61,167 nt of DNA. It comes from Octopus bimaculoides (Eukaryota). Below the pieces are notes generated by a model. It was given only the letters and a program-made list of their open reading frames with translations, searched no databases and was not told where the DNA came from. Positions 14,474-27,523 of the stretch are shown here, in pieces. Where the stretch lies: assembly GCF_001194135.2 (NCBI RefSeq), contig NC_068990.1:42968074-43029240 (forward strand), written 5' to 3'. Position numbers and translations under genes: made by a program. Every line of letters starts with the position of its first letter. The first letter of the stretch is position 1.

Positions 14474-14813
14474 TTTCTCTCAAGATACTTACACTCTGAC
14501 GGGTATTCACATTGACATTACACATCCAACGGAGCATACTGGCTTCATTCCTTGCGAGCTTACGTATGTCCTCAGCAGTTACAGCCCATGTTTCACTGCC
14601 ATGTAGCATGGCTGTTCGTATGCATGCGTCATACAGTCTGCCTTTTACTCTGAGTGAGAGTCCCTTTGTCGCCAGCAGGGGTAAGAGCTCTCTAAACGTT
14701 GCCCAGGCTATTCTTATTCTAGCAGCTACACTTTCAGCGCACCCACCCCCACTACTAACTTGGTCGCCCAGATAGCGGAAGCTATCGACTACCTCTAGTT
14801 TTTCACCCTGGAA
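14474..14813 (-). mobile_element. RTE-clade LINE fragment, C-terminal to the RT domain
   Basis: Translates as GEKLEVVDSFRYLGDQVSSGGGCAESVAARIRIAW...LHGSETWAV...MLRWMC; homologous to 37800-38150; runs into a gap. Confidence 0.9.
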
Positions 14814-14838
14814 TATGTTGTAAATATATATATATACA

Positions 14839-15215
14839 CAGGGTGCGTTGGGTAATAATGCTGCCCTGAGTGAAGAGGGTGACTGATGGAACACCCTACA
14901 TCTGGCGACAGGACTCAGCAACATGCCACACAAGCAGGAGAACCCAGTCATAGCTGTCAGACAATTTCTGCAACTACATCACCCCTAACATCAGGCCACC
15001 TAACTCTCCAGACTGCAACCTCCTTGATTATTATGTGTGGGGCACAGTCGAGCAGGAGACCAACAAAACTCCTTGTAACACCAAAGATGAACTGAAGGCA
15101 AGGATTATGGCAGCATTCACCAACTTAAGCAAGGAGACCATCCAGAAGAGTTGCAGGAAATTCCAAAATCGTCTGGAGGTTGTGGTTGAAGCCACTGGCG
15201 ATTTTGTTGAATAAA
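14839..15215 (+). mobile_element. Internally deleted DD37D (maT) Tc1/mariner element
   Basis: 5' TIR CAGGGTGCGTTGGGTAA joined to the transposase C-terminal part (WRQDSA...PPNSPDCNLLDYYVWGTVEQETNKTPCNTKDELKARIMAAF); matches 59994-61167. Confidence 0.88.
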
Positions 15216-15659
15216 NNNNNNNNNNNNNNNNNNNNNNNNNNNNNNNNNNNNNNNNNNNNNNNNNNNNNNNNNNNNNNNNNNNNNNNNNNNNNNNNNNNNN
15301 NNNNNNNNNNNNNNNNNNNNNNNNNNNNNNNNNNNNNNNNNNNNNNNNNNNNNNNNNNNNNNNNNNNNNNNNNNNNNNNNNNNNNNNNNNNNNNNNNNNN
15401 NNNNNNNNNNNNNNNNNNNNNNNNNNNNNNNNNNNNNNNNNNNNNNNNNNNNNNNNNNNNNNNNNNNNNNNNNNNNNNNNNNNNNNNNNNNNNNNNNNNN
15501 NNNNNNNNNNNNNNNNNNNNNNNNNNNNNNNNNNNNNNNNNNNNNNNNNNNNNNNNNNNNNNNNNNNNNNNNNNNNNNNNNNNNNNNNNNNNNNNNNNNN
15601 NNNNNNNNNNNNNNNNNNNNNNNNNNNNNNNNNNNNNNNNNNNNNNNNNNNNNNNNNNN

Positions 15660-15719
<60 letters not shown>

Positions 15720-16018
15720 ACACACACATATACACGATGGACTTCTTTCAGTTTCTGTGTACTAAATCCACTTACAAGGCTTTGGTCAGCCTGAAGCTAT
15801 GGTAGGAGACACTTGCCTAAGGTATGTATACTTTCATATAATAAGCTGATAACTTATGATGATATGTATATACATTGGCGCAAGAGTGGTTGTGCGGTAA
15901 GAAATTTACTTCTCAACTACATGGTTCTAGGTTCAGTCCCACTGCAAGGCACCTCAGGCAAATATCTTCTACTATAACCTCAGGCTGACCATAGTCTCGT
16001 GAGTGGACAGAAATGAAA

Positions 16019-16054
<36 letters not shown>

Positions 16055-16908
16055 ATGTGTGTCTATGTGTATGTCTGTGTGTGTCAGTGTATGTATGTAT
16101 GTATGTATGTATGTATCTATCTATCTATCTATCTATATGTGTGTCAGTCTGTCTGTCTATCTGCATATCTGCATATAACACCATATGTATTAGGGAATTT
16201 AAGATAACCTTAAAGTACTTAAATCCCAGTTTTTAAGTCTTTTGCCATGGAACTTAAAACAGATATGAGTATATCTTTTTATTTTCTTCAATCACAGAAA
16301 AAAGATATATTTCCCTGACAGGTTTCCTTATTCATTGACCACTCAGCAGAGAATTGACATACCCTCATTCCTCAACCAACATAGAGAACTTATAGTATAT
16401 GACTATCTATATTAAACACAAACTAGAAGTTAGCAATAGTGGATAGATTAAGTTACACACTGGGCGTTTATCAGCAACTCCATTAAATAATAGAAATTTA
16501 TACACAAAACAGCATTTACAAGGTCTGATAAAAAAAAAATGTACTGGGCTATGGTAAAAGAGCTAAAGTACATAGAGGAAAGCCACTTGGCACAGATTGA
16601 CCTTGAACTATATTACACATGCACACAAAGTTATAACTTCTCACTTACTTCCATTGTTTACAACAGCACTTGAAAGTAAAGTGTGTAGAGTGTGGTCATC
16701 TCAAAAAGAAGCTCAGGTTTCAGCTGTGCGGGATCTTTTTGATTGTGTAGAGGAGGACTAAAACTTTTTGAAAGTGGTAATAGCAGTTTACATATTTTGT
16801 TCTCTATGGCTATGACCCTGATGCCAAGCTCCACTCTTCACAGTGAAGGGAAGACCTCCAACAAGATTTCAAGAAGTCAAGAAAATCCAAGCAAATGTGA
16901 CAAGACAG

Positions 16909-17132
16909 TTACTCTCTTTACTCTTTTACTTGTTTCAGTCATTTGACTGCGGCCATGCTGGAGCACCACCTTTAGTTGAGCAAATCAACCCCAGGACTTA
17001 TTCTTTGTAAGCCTAGTACTTATTCTATCGGTCTCTTTTGCCGAACCACTAAGTTATGGAGACGTAAACACACCAGCATCGATTGTCAAGCGATGTTGGG
17101 GGGACAAACACAGACACACAAACATATATATA
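16909..17132 (-). mobile_element. tRNA-derived SINE family A, 3' half (split by a solo LTR)
   Basis: Tail ACTCTTTTACTTGTTTCAGTCATTTGACTGCGGCCATGCTGGAGC...; near-identical to 43801-44030. Confidence 0.9.
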
Positions 17133-18141
17133 TGTAAGAACGACCGTGCGAACCCAAAAGGAGAAATGGTGATGAATGGAAAAACAGGGCTCCTTTATTA
17201 AATGCGTCACACGGTCGAACACAAAATATATCAAATGATAAAAATATGTTATACTTCAATAACATAGAGAATTCGTAAATGCCAGTAAGGAAGACGATAG
17301 GAACACAACCGTATGAGATGAATAACAGTAATATTTATTGTAGCATTAAATTGTATGTCTGTGTGTGAGTGGATGCGACATAATGAAACACAATAAAAGA
17401 CAGGCCGTCATGTAAAGAAAAAGTGTGTGTAAGTAATACATGTATGTGTATGCGAGAGATACATAGTATAGAATAGTCAGTAACACGTATAAGAATTTAA
17501 GATACCAGTTCTTAGAGCACACAGTGGTAAGTGTCTGTATAAGAAGTTAAGGCGTGTGGGGCAGAACAATCACTAGTTGTGATGTTGTGGCTTCTATGCC
17601 AAGCCGGGTTCTTGAATACAGATGTCCTTCGCAGGCTAAATTCTTGGCTATTATTTATCGTGGTGAAGATGAATCACACAAACAGAATCGAAGAGAAGTG
17701 CCGCAGTTAGCTGTTGGTAGCTTGTGTACGTGGAAGTCATGTTGATGCTGGCGGGGACGATGCTGGTAGTCATAGTGTCGTGTTGCTGCTGGCGACGTCG
17801 GGGACGATGCTTGTAGTTCATAGTTGTATGAAGGTGTTGATGTCGTCGCTGGAAACTGGCTGGCTGTGTTACGCGTGTGTGGCCGNNNNNNNNNNNNNNN
17901 NNNNNNNNNNNNNNNNNNNNNNNNNNNNNNNNNNNNNNNNNNNNNNNNNNNNNNNNNNNNNNGATTGGTCAGTTTGTGTTCTGGCGGGAACGGTACGAGA
18001 TAATTTACCCGCGCAAAGAATAGTCAGTCATGTGATGGATACAGCAGGCTGCTCTCTACTACGCCCGAACTTGAATATATTTATAACAGTGGGGAAGATG
18101 GTTTGTTTGTATATAATGGCGATCGAGGTAGTTTCACTACA
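17133..18141 (-). mobile_element. Solo LTR of an LTR retrotransposon (probably Ty3/gypsy-like)
   Basis: TGT...ACA termini, TATA on both flanks (possible 4-bp TSD inside a TA repeat). Minus-strand TATAAATA near 18080 and AATAAA near 17197. CpG-rich. Inserted in the SINE's internal microsatellite. Confidence 0.75.
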
Positions 18142-18293
18142 TATATATGTATACACATATACGACGGGCTTCTTTCAGTTTCCGTCTACCAAATCCACTC
18201 ACAAGGCTTTGGTCGGCCCGAGGCTATAGTAGAAGACACTTGCCCAAGGTGCCACGCAGTGGGACTGAACCCAGAACCATGTGGTTGGTAAGC
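18142..18293 (-). mobile_element. tRNA-derived SINE family A, 5' half
   Basis: GACGGGCTTCTTTCAGTTTCCGTCTACC...CTTGCCCAAGGTGCCACGCAGTGGGACTGAACCC; continues the 16909-17132 copy. Confidence 0.9.
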
Positions 18294-18783
18294 ACTATCC
18301 CAATAAAGGAGTTCCAGGAATGCTTCTCTCACTGGAAATAACACTGGATAAAGTGTTTGGCTTCAGAAAGGAATTAATTCAAAGGAGATTAAATGCTGAA
18401 TTGACATGTGTTGTAGTTTTCTTTTTATAGCACCAGTCCCAATACTTTCTGATCAGATCTTGTATTAGAAAATTTGAGATAAATTTAAATTGCTAAGTCT
18501 TTCACTGTGGAACTTTAAACTGATGTTTATTTACTTTATGTTTCAAAATTATCCATAATTAAAAACAATCCAGCCTTGGTAATTCCATCTATCCTTCGTA
18601 TATATTTTATCTTAAATGTGTTTCAGTCATTGAACTGCAGCCATGCTGGAGCATCATCTTGAGGAGTTTAGTCAAACAAATTGAACCCAGAATTTTTTTT
18701 TTTAATTCTTTTATTGCTCTTCTGCTAAGTTATGGGGATGTAAACAAATCAACACCAGTTATCAAGCAGCAAGGAGGACAAGT

Positions 18784-18838
<55 letters not shown>

Positions 18839-19064
18839 NNNNNNNNNNNNNNNNNNNNNNNNNNNNNNNNNNNNNNNNNNNNNNNNNNNNNNNNNNNNNN
18901 NNNNNNNNNNNNNNNNNNNNNNNNNNNNNNNNNNNNNNNNNNNNNNNNNNNNNNNNNNNNNNNNNNNNNNNNNNNNNNNNNNNNNNNNNNNNNNNNNNNN
19001 NNNNNNNNNNNNNNNNNNNNNNNNNNNNNNNNNNNNNNNNNNNNNNNNNNNNNNNNNNNNNNNN

Positions 19065-19104
<40 letters not shown>

Positions 19105-21369
19105 GCACAAACACACACACAAATACACACAAACACACACACACACAACAACAACAACAAGCTTTCACATAGTTTCCTTCTGCCAAATTCTCTCCCAAGA
19201 TATTGGTTGGCCCAGGGTTGTAGTAGAAGACATCTGCCTAAAGTGCCATGCAATGGGACTGAACCATATGGTTCAGTCCCATATGTGCATATGTGGATAC
19301 ATGAATATGTGCTGAATTCAGTTGCCAAAAGTGAAAATAATGAATTTCTTTCTTAAAATTAATAGAAATTCTAATATATTTTCTTCTTGCTACTACATAG
19401 TAAAACCAATACACAACAACAGCAACAGCAACAATAACATAAAACATATCCCTACTTTAAAGTGTGCCATTGGCAATGCCACTATAACAGAATCACCAAT
19501 TTCCATCCATCAAGTCACAAACTACATTAGAATTAATAAAATATTTAATATTTTAAATGAGTTCAAATATGCAATATATGAATAATTTTATCTCCAAATC
19601 ACCTCAGGATACATAATGATAAGTTTGTTAGAATATATGCATATATTATTCAAAGAAATATATTCCAAGTATAAATTTCATTTTTAAGTCTCTTGGTCTA
19701 TTAATATATTTCCTCAGCTTCATTACATAAATACATATATATAACAGCTATATATAATATAATATATATAATATATATAATATGTATAATCATTGGAGAA
19801 AATTTTTCTTAAATTAAAAATTATTTATTAATAAAAAAAATCTTAAAATCAAAATGACATCTTTTGCAAGAAAGTTTGCATATTATGTGTCAGTGCTTTC
19901 ACAATTTACAGTTATTCAAGCACACATGTTATGAAGTAATCAGTATAGAGGAGATTTTTTTTTAGTAGTGGTATTGATTGTTTTGGGTTAAGATTCAGAT
20001 TTGGAATTCTTATAAAGTATTCTTCTTCTGCCTTTTCATAGTTGGTCAATTTCTTTTTTTTTTTTTGAAAGAGAAAATATTTTGAATTTTTTTATTTGCA
20101 CAAATGTCTGGATATTCATTACATGAAACATTTCTACATTATTTGATTTGTTGTTTATGTACTCTAATCCATTGTGTTAATTTTGATCCCATTTGGCCAA
20201 TATAACTCTCCTTACACTGTCGGTATGTGATGCTGTAAATGTGTATATTTTATTTTGCAATTCACATGGCAAAATTTGGCTCCACCTAAAAAACACCCAG
20301 AACACTCTTTAAAGTGATTAGCATTTGGAAGGGCATTCAGCCATAGAAGCCATGCCGAAACAAATGGATCCTGGTGCAGCTCTCTAGCTTGCCAGCTGCT
20401 GTCAATCCATCCTACTCATAGCAGCATGGAAAATGGATGTTAAGGGATGGTGGTGGTGGTGGTGGTGGTGGTGGTGGTGGTGGTGATGATGATGATGATG
20501 NNNNNNNNNNNNNNNNNNNNNNNNNNNNNNNNNNNNNNNNNNNNNNNNNNNNNNNNNNNNNNNGGAGGAGGAGGAGGAGGAGGTGGTGGTGATGGAGGAG
20601 GAGATTGACTGAACCAATTTGAGATTTTAGTCTTGGCTATGGACATTTCACACCATTTAGAGGAAGACTCAGATCAATTGCTTCATCGATTTTTATGTAT
20701 TTTTGCATTTGTACAAAGTCTTTTTGATAACTGTGTATGTATGTATGTATGTATGTATGTATGTATGTATGCATGCATGCATGTATGTATGTATGTATGT
20801 ATGTATGTAGTATGTATGTATTTGTATGTGCATATGCTTGTGTATATTAATGGGTTTGTGTGTGTTTTGATGGACATCTTGTATTTCCAAATACATAGCT
20901 GATGTATTTGGAAAATATTATGTCTTCTTAAGAACTGATAGCAACCCTGGAAAAATAAATGCTTCTGATTGCTTTTTTTATGGCTTTACAAATGGAAGAA
21001 AATCAGTTTCAAGATCTAAGAAGAATCTCCAAGTACGATGAATAAAGGCATGGAGTGAGAAAGAAAGAAAGTCTCTGATAGATTGCTACTAATCACCACT
21101 TTGATTTCAATGAGTGTGCAAAAAATAGCAGCCAAATATTCTTCAAATCACTAACAACTGTCTTTAAAAAAGGCAGAGCACATTGGGCCTAGATATACAA
21201 AAGGACAAGATGGTCAAGGAAGGAACATTTAATAAGAGATCTGCTTGGTCTAGGATGGCATTTTTATTAACATTTGCTCAGGGAGGGAAAGGCAGTGCCC
21301 ATCATCCTTTATCATTTTAAGGGTTTCTGTGACTGGTGGGGACAAAGGAGGAAATTTTCCTCATTAATG

Positions 21370-21770
21370 CCGGCATGGTTGTGTGATAAGTTTGCTTCCC
21401 AGCCGCATGGTTCTGGGTTCAGTTCTGCTGCATGCCACCTTGGACAAGTGTTTTCAACTATAGCCTTGGGCCAACCAAAGCCTTGTGAGTGGATTTGGTA
21501 GACAAAAACTGAAAGAAGCCCATTGTGTGTGTGTGTGTGTGTGTGTGCACGCGTGTGTGTGCACATGTCTTTGTGTCTGTTATTGTCCCTAACCACCACA
21601 CCATTTGACAACCGGTTGTGTTTACATCCCCATAACTTAGTGGTTCAGCAATAGAAATCGACAGAATAAGTATCAGGCTGAAAAAAAATGTACTGGGGTC
21701 AAATTATTTGACTAAAAATGCCCAAGCATGGCTGCAGTCTAATGATTGAAACAATTAAAAAATAAAAGAT
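21370..21770 (+). mobile_element. Degenerate full-length SINE family A
   Basis: Head GGTTCTGGGTTCAGTT, core CACCTTGGACAAGTG, internal (TG)n, tail CAAGCATGGCTGCAGTC. Confidence 0.8.
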
Positions 21771-24462
21771 ACCCGCAACCAGACAAAACTACTCAAGGAT
21801 CAGCTAGTAGTGTTAAAATAGGCGATGGATCAAGATTTCATAATGCAAAGATCCTGGACAAATCCCTTAACATATCTTGTCTGTAAATTTACTGCCCTAT
21901 TAACTACTGGTGTAAAGTAGTGGGTTTAGCATCCTCAATGATGAAACGATTAAAGTTATTTTGAAAGGATTCCAACTTAATGCACAAATAAAAAATACCA
22001 TTAAAAATCGAAACAATCTCACTATGATTTAAATAACTCTTCAAAGAAACAATCAAATGGTTTTAAAATCCAACTACTTCTGAAATAAACAAGCATCCAC
22101 TTTCATTACCTTCTTGAGAAACATTTTCTTCTCAGTAATCACCATTATAGTCTCCTTAGAGAATAGATCAACCAAATATCTTATTATGAATTCCCTGCAC
22201 CAGTTGTTTCTTCTTATTCTTCAGAACTTTAACAGAATCAATGTTTTTAGCTAATATACTACAGAATCTTGGACTTACTCAATTTACAAGATACTTAAAG
22301 AGGCAGCAAACTGGAAATTATTGAGCAATGGATAAAATATTTCACAGTATTTGTTCTGAATATGTTCTGAGTTCAAATCCTGCAGAGGTTAACTTTGCCT
22401 TTCTTCCATACATGAGTAAAAAAAAGTATCAATTCAACACCAATCCAGATTATTGGATTGCTGAAACTGTAAGAATGTCTGACTGAATACCTTGTGGTAT
22501 TTTTTCTAATCCCTTACATTTTAAGTTCAAATTACACTGTGGCCTATTTGTGTGAAAGACTTAATATTTTGCCAAGCTTAGCACCTCCACTTGGTATCTT
22601 GAGTACCTTCACTGGAATCCACTCCATTGCAAGCGTTCAAGTCAGATCCCTTACTTGAGGATACTTCCTTGCCTACCACCAGTCTTGGAGACTCTGTTAA
22701 GGTTCATAAGCATTTTCCTTCTCTCGTGGATAATATATAAAAAAGTAAAAAGTATCATGGCACACTGTCAACTTTAAAATTTTTATATTTTTAACAAAAA
22801 TTTATTGAAATTATTTTCAAACACATGTAGGCAATATGCATGGCACATCACCACGAAAGAATATGCATGAAGCAGTGTGGTTCATTATAAACAAGTCTCT
22901 TAAATATCCTGATATTTTCAAACTCCTCTCAAAAATTGTGCAGCATACATGTACACCATAAGTGGCACACTTATGTGCCATCCATGACACAATGGGAAAA
23001 ATATCAGCATACATAGGCATAGGGGTGACTGTAAGGTTAAGAAACTTTCTTTGCAACCATGCGATTTTGGGTTCAGTCCCCAAGTCAATCAATACTTTGT
23101 TAGAGAATTTGGCAGATGGAAAATGTGTGGATGCTTGTCATATATACACAATGTATATCTGCACATAGGTCTTTTAGTGTCTGCATTTGTTCCCACTTCC
23201 CACCACTTGGCAACTAGAGCTGGTTCGTTTATATCCTTGTAACTTAGTGGTTTGATAAAAGAGACTGATACAAGTACCAGACTTGTACTGGAGTCAATTT
23301 ACTGAACTAAAACCCTTTAAGGCAGAGCCCCAGCATGGCCACAGTCCAATGACTTGATAAATGAATCATGTCCAGTTATATCTGGTATGAGACACTTCTA
23401 AGTTGTCAGTTTGTGAGCTCAATATACCTCTTATCTTTTGGATCAGATATTTTTTATCAGGCCATTCCATCACTGTACAGGTCTCTCTCCAACTTACATT
23501 GTGTCAACTATGGAGTATTAAAGGATATGTTTGTATTTATCACAGCATTCCTTTGCTATCTTAATGACTAATTTACATGTTACTTCTAACCATAACATAC
23601 AAAATATAAGACCATCCTTCAATTGTCTTTAATTTCTGTATACTTGTATCATCAGCAATATGAAACCCAGACACTACTCACCATATATTTGCTGTTTTCA
23701 CAGACAATAACTTTGATTACATCCTTTGATGAAGACTCATAACCACAAATGGTTACAACAATTAGGATTCCACTTGGTCCAATCAATTGAAAACCCTGCT
23801 TGTGAAATTAACATGCAAGTGACTGAACACTCCAAAGCCACTCATGCCTTTAACATAATTCTCTGGGAGATTCAGCATGACACAGAATGTGACAAGACTG
23901 GCTCTTGAAATACAGGTACTGTTCATTTTTTCCCAGGTGAGTGGAGGAGAGCAGCATGAAATAAAGTATCTTGTTCAAGAACACAATATATCACCAAGAA
24001 CTGAACTTACAACCATACAATTGTGAACCGGATGCCTTAACCTTTTAGCTACATTGCCTTCACAGATCCATAACAACTAGGTTCCTTCAGCATCACAAAA
24101 ATAGATAAAATAATTTGTAAACACATGGTTCTGGGTTCAGTCCTACTGAGTGGCACCTTGGGCAAGTGTTATATCAGGCCAACCAAAGCCTTGTGAGTGG
24201 ATTTGGTAGATGGAAACTGAATGAAGCCTGTCATATATATATATATATATATTATTCGAAATGTATAGTGCCAAATATCCATCACGGCTGACCTTACCAA
24301 TCAGTTTTCTGTAAAAAATGCAATGAAGTGTTAGGTAACAAGCCAATTATATAACTTTATGCTCATCAGAGTTAGCTGACATGGAAAAACATTTTGAATA
24401 ATTTACCCGCTCTACTGACAGATATACAAGTGCATCTTTTCCCTGACTTATGGTCTCTTAGA

Positions 24463-24745
24463 CCAGGGGTTTTCAAACTTTTTGACTTGTGGGCCCCTTT
24501 ATATTTCAGGCTTTACTTTAGGGACCCCCTTATAAACACTTATGAAATTTATGCATAAATATTTGCTTAAAATAACATATATTTTTACATTTATTTATTT
24601 AATAGTATTTAACAAATAGGTTTATTGTCAATTAAAAGATTTTGATTAAAAAACATATATAAAATCAAATAGCCCATAAAAAGTATTTGCTGTCTACAGA
24701 CCCCCTGTCTTGTCCTTGCAGACCCCCTGTGGTCCGCAGACCACA
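24463..24745. mobile_element. hAT-Charlie-like MITE, truncated by a gap
   Basis: Begins CAGGGGTTTTCAAACTTTTT; ends ...GTGGTCCGCAGACCACA at the gap, as expected just before the second TIR. Confidence 0.65.
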
Positions 24746-25544
24746 NNNNNNNNNNNNNNNNNNNNNNNNNNNNNNNNNNNNNNNNNNNNNNNNNNNNNNN
24801 NNNNNNNNNNNNNNNNNNNNNNNNNNNNNNNNNNNNNNNNNNNNNNNNNNNNNNNNNNNNNNNNNNNNNNNNNNNNNNNNNNNNNNNNNNNNNNNNNNNN
24901 NNNNNNNNNNNNNNNNNNNNNNNNNNNNNNNNNNNNNNNNNNNNNNNNNNNNNNNNNNNNNNNNNNNNNNNNNNNNNNNNNNNNNNNNNNNNNNNNNNNN
25001 NNNNNNNNNNNNNNNNNNNNNNNNNNNNNNNNNNNNNNNNNNNNNNNNNNNNNNNNNNNNNNNNNNNNNNNNNNNNNNNNNNNNNNNNNNNNNNNNNNNN
25101 NNNNNNNNNNNNNNNNNNNNNNNNNNNNNNNNNNNNNNNNNNNNNNNNNNNNNNNNNNNNNNNNNNNNNNNNNNNNNNNNNNNNNNNNNNNNNNNNNNNN
25201 NNNNNNNNNNNNNNNNNNNNNNNNNNNNNNNNNNNNNNNNNNNNNNNNNNNNNNNNNNNNNNNNNNNNNNNNNNNNNNNNNNNNNNNNNNNNNNNNNNNN
25301 NNNNNNNNNNNNNNNNNNNNNNNNNNNNNNNNNNNNNNNNNNNNNNNNNNNNNNNNNNNNNNNNNNNNNNNNNNNNNNNNNNNNNNNNNNNNNNNNNNNN
25401 NNNNNNNNNNNNNNNNNNNNNNNNNNNNNNNNNNNNNNNNNNNNNNNNNNNNNNNNNNNNNNNNNNNNNNNNNNNNNNNNNNNNNNNNNNNNNNNNNNNN
25501 NNNNNNNNNNNNNNNNNNNNNNNNNNNNNNNNNNNNNNAAAGTG

Positions 25545-25830
25545 TCCTGTTAAAAGGTCACTTCTTTCATGTATAAATACGTAAATTGTTTGTACACTAT
25601 TGACTTTATTACGCATGCTAGCCACCGATATGAAAATTTTTCGAAATTTTCTACCCTTTTATTATAAATATATATATATATAATTGCAGTGTGGAAGGTG
25701 TTTATAAGCCATTTAAAATGACACACAAAATCCGTTAGATTCACTTCAACATTTAAATTTAATTTGTCAAAATATTTTCGTCGCTTTGAGACCGCGACCT
25801 GTTCACTGACAAAATTCTGTGCTGCATCTA
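25545..25830 (-). repeat. (TA)n-associated repeat carrying a hammerhead motif; probable Penelope pseudo-LTR
   Basis: Starts immediately after (TA)n, retains CpGs, contains the hammerhead at 25763-25813 and a downstream AATAAA. Confidence 0.55.
25763..25813 (-). ncRNA. Type I hammerhead ribozyme motif, G3-C8 core variant
   Basis: RNA reads UUUGUCA-GUGAACA-G-GUCGC-GGUCUCAAA-GCGAC-GAA-AAUAUU-U-UGACAAA: 7-bp stem I, 5-bp stem II, palindromic stem III. Confidence 0.65.
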
Positions 25831-26164
25831 TATATATATATCATTTAACATTCACTTTTTCCATGTTTGCATTATATGTGTAAGACAGAGTTTATTTAAG
25901 GCAGATTTTCTACTGCCTGATACCCTTCCTGTCACCAACTCTCACCTATTTCCAAGCAAGATAATATTTCTTCATGACCAGATATGCTCTTGCAGGTTAT
26001 TGGAAATGAATGAAATGACACTGTTTGTATGGCAAGGACACTCACCGACAACTATCACAAGATGCGAAGACAAGAATATACAAACATACATATTTATCTT
26101 TTAATTTAACTGGTTTCAGCTAGAAGCTGAGGTCTTGCTAGGGCAATGCCTTTGTTGGGGCACA

Positions 26165-26197
<33 letters not shown>

Positions 26198-26586
26198 ATA
26201 TACTTATATGACAGGCTTTTTTAAGGTTTTGTCTACCAAATTCACTCACAAGGCTTTGGTCAGCCCAAAGTTATAGTAAAAGACACTCAAAGTACCATGT
26301 GCAGTGGGACTAAACCCAGTAGCATGTGGTTGAGAGAGAAACCTCTTAATGTACAGCCATTTGTGACTATATATATATATATATATCACTGCCATCATCA
26401 TCATCATTTAAGGTCTATTTTCCATGCTGGCATGGATTGGATGGTTTGACAGGAGCGGGCCAGCTGAAGGGCTGTCCAGGCCCCATTTCTGTTTTGGCAT
26501 AATTTCCTAACATCAACCACTTTACAGGGTGTACTGGGTGCTTTTACACAGCACCAACTCAGGTCCATTTACATGGCACCAGATAT

Positions 26587-26875
26587 GAACTGCAAAAGCA
26601 GAAATTTGATCTACTGCATTAAATGCTCGAAGTGTGAGGAACTATATATTGGCGAGACAGGGAATACATTAGCGGAATGCACACAAATCCACAGACAACA
26701 AATCCGGAATACTAATGTTTTCCAAATTCCATTGAGCAAACATATAGAAATATGTAGTCAGAAAATGTTTCTAATTTTTCCTTTCCACGAACTACTTGAC
26801 ACAAATGAGGTTGGAAGAAAGATAAAAGAAAAATGTTTTATTAAAATGTTCAAACCTGTTCTGAATGGAAATAAC
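26587..26875 (+). pseudogene. GIY-YIG endonuclease domain of a Penelope-like retroelement
   Basis: NCKSRNLIYCIKCSKCEELYIGETGNTLAE...HRQQIR...PLSKHI...RKIKEKCFIKMFKPVLN has the LIYCIxC..C..LYIGET motif and C-terminal E...LN signature. Confidence 0.9.
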
Positions 26876-27523
26876 AATTATATAACAACTGGTTAATGAT
26901 GTAGATTAAAAAAATATCTTTAACTTATGAATATAAACAAATTACAGAAAGCTCCCACCAACTGAAATAAAAAAGATCAAAACCAACTAAGTTTGCTCAC
27001 TCACAAAACCATTACATCTAAACTACAAGCTAATTGGTTAATATAAAGGCAGGATCTATGCCAGTAATATCGGTATGCCCAGCAAACTATTATGACGTTT
27101 AAGCTGCATGCGGACTGGTCAAAACAGTATTCCAAAAATTCATCTTGTTGGAGCCTTCTAAGAGGTACAAAAAGGAAGAAGTCAGTCATTTTACTACGGT
27201 TGTCAAGAACTCAACTGTCAGTTAAATACATTTTGAAATCTGATGATTACCACAAACCTATCAAAGTGCTAATTGAACTTTATCAACATTGCAAAATATT
27301 TTTTTAATGTTTAACACACTTCAACATTATAAAAAATTTATTTTTTGGGGATCAGATATTTTTGGATCAGATATTTTTGGATCAGATACCATGATAAAAA
27401 AATGTGAAAACCAGACCATGTTTTAACTTTATTCAACTGATATATTATTCTATACACATTTACACAAATTTGGGAAAATTATATATTTATATTGTGCATA
27501 AACAATGAACTGAACCCACAGAA

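Noticed and set aside
13458-14951. 497-aa ORF
   Set aside because: Mostly N gap; the real part is an RTE fragment joined to antisense maT sequence.
27236-27285. CTGATGA in the PLE spacer as a hammerhead
   Set aside because: No GAAA, stem II or stem I can be placed.
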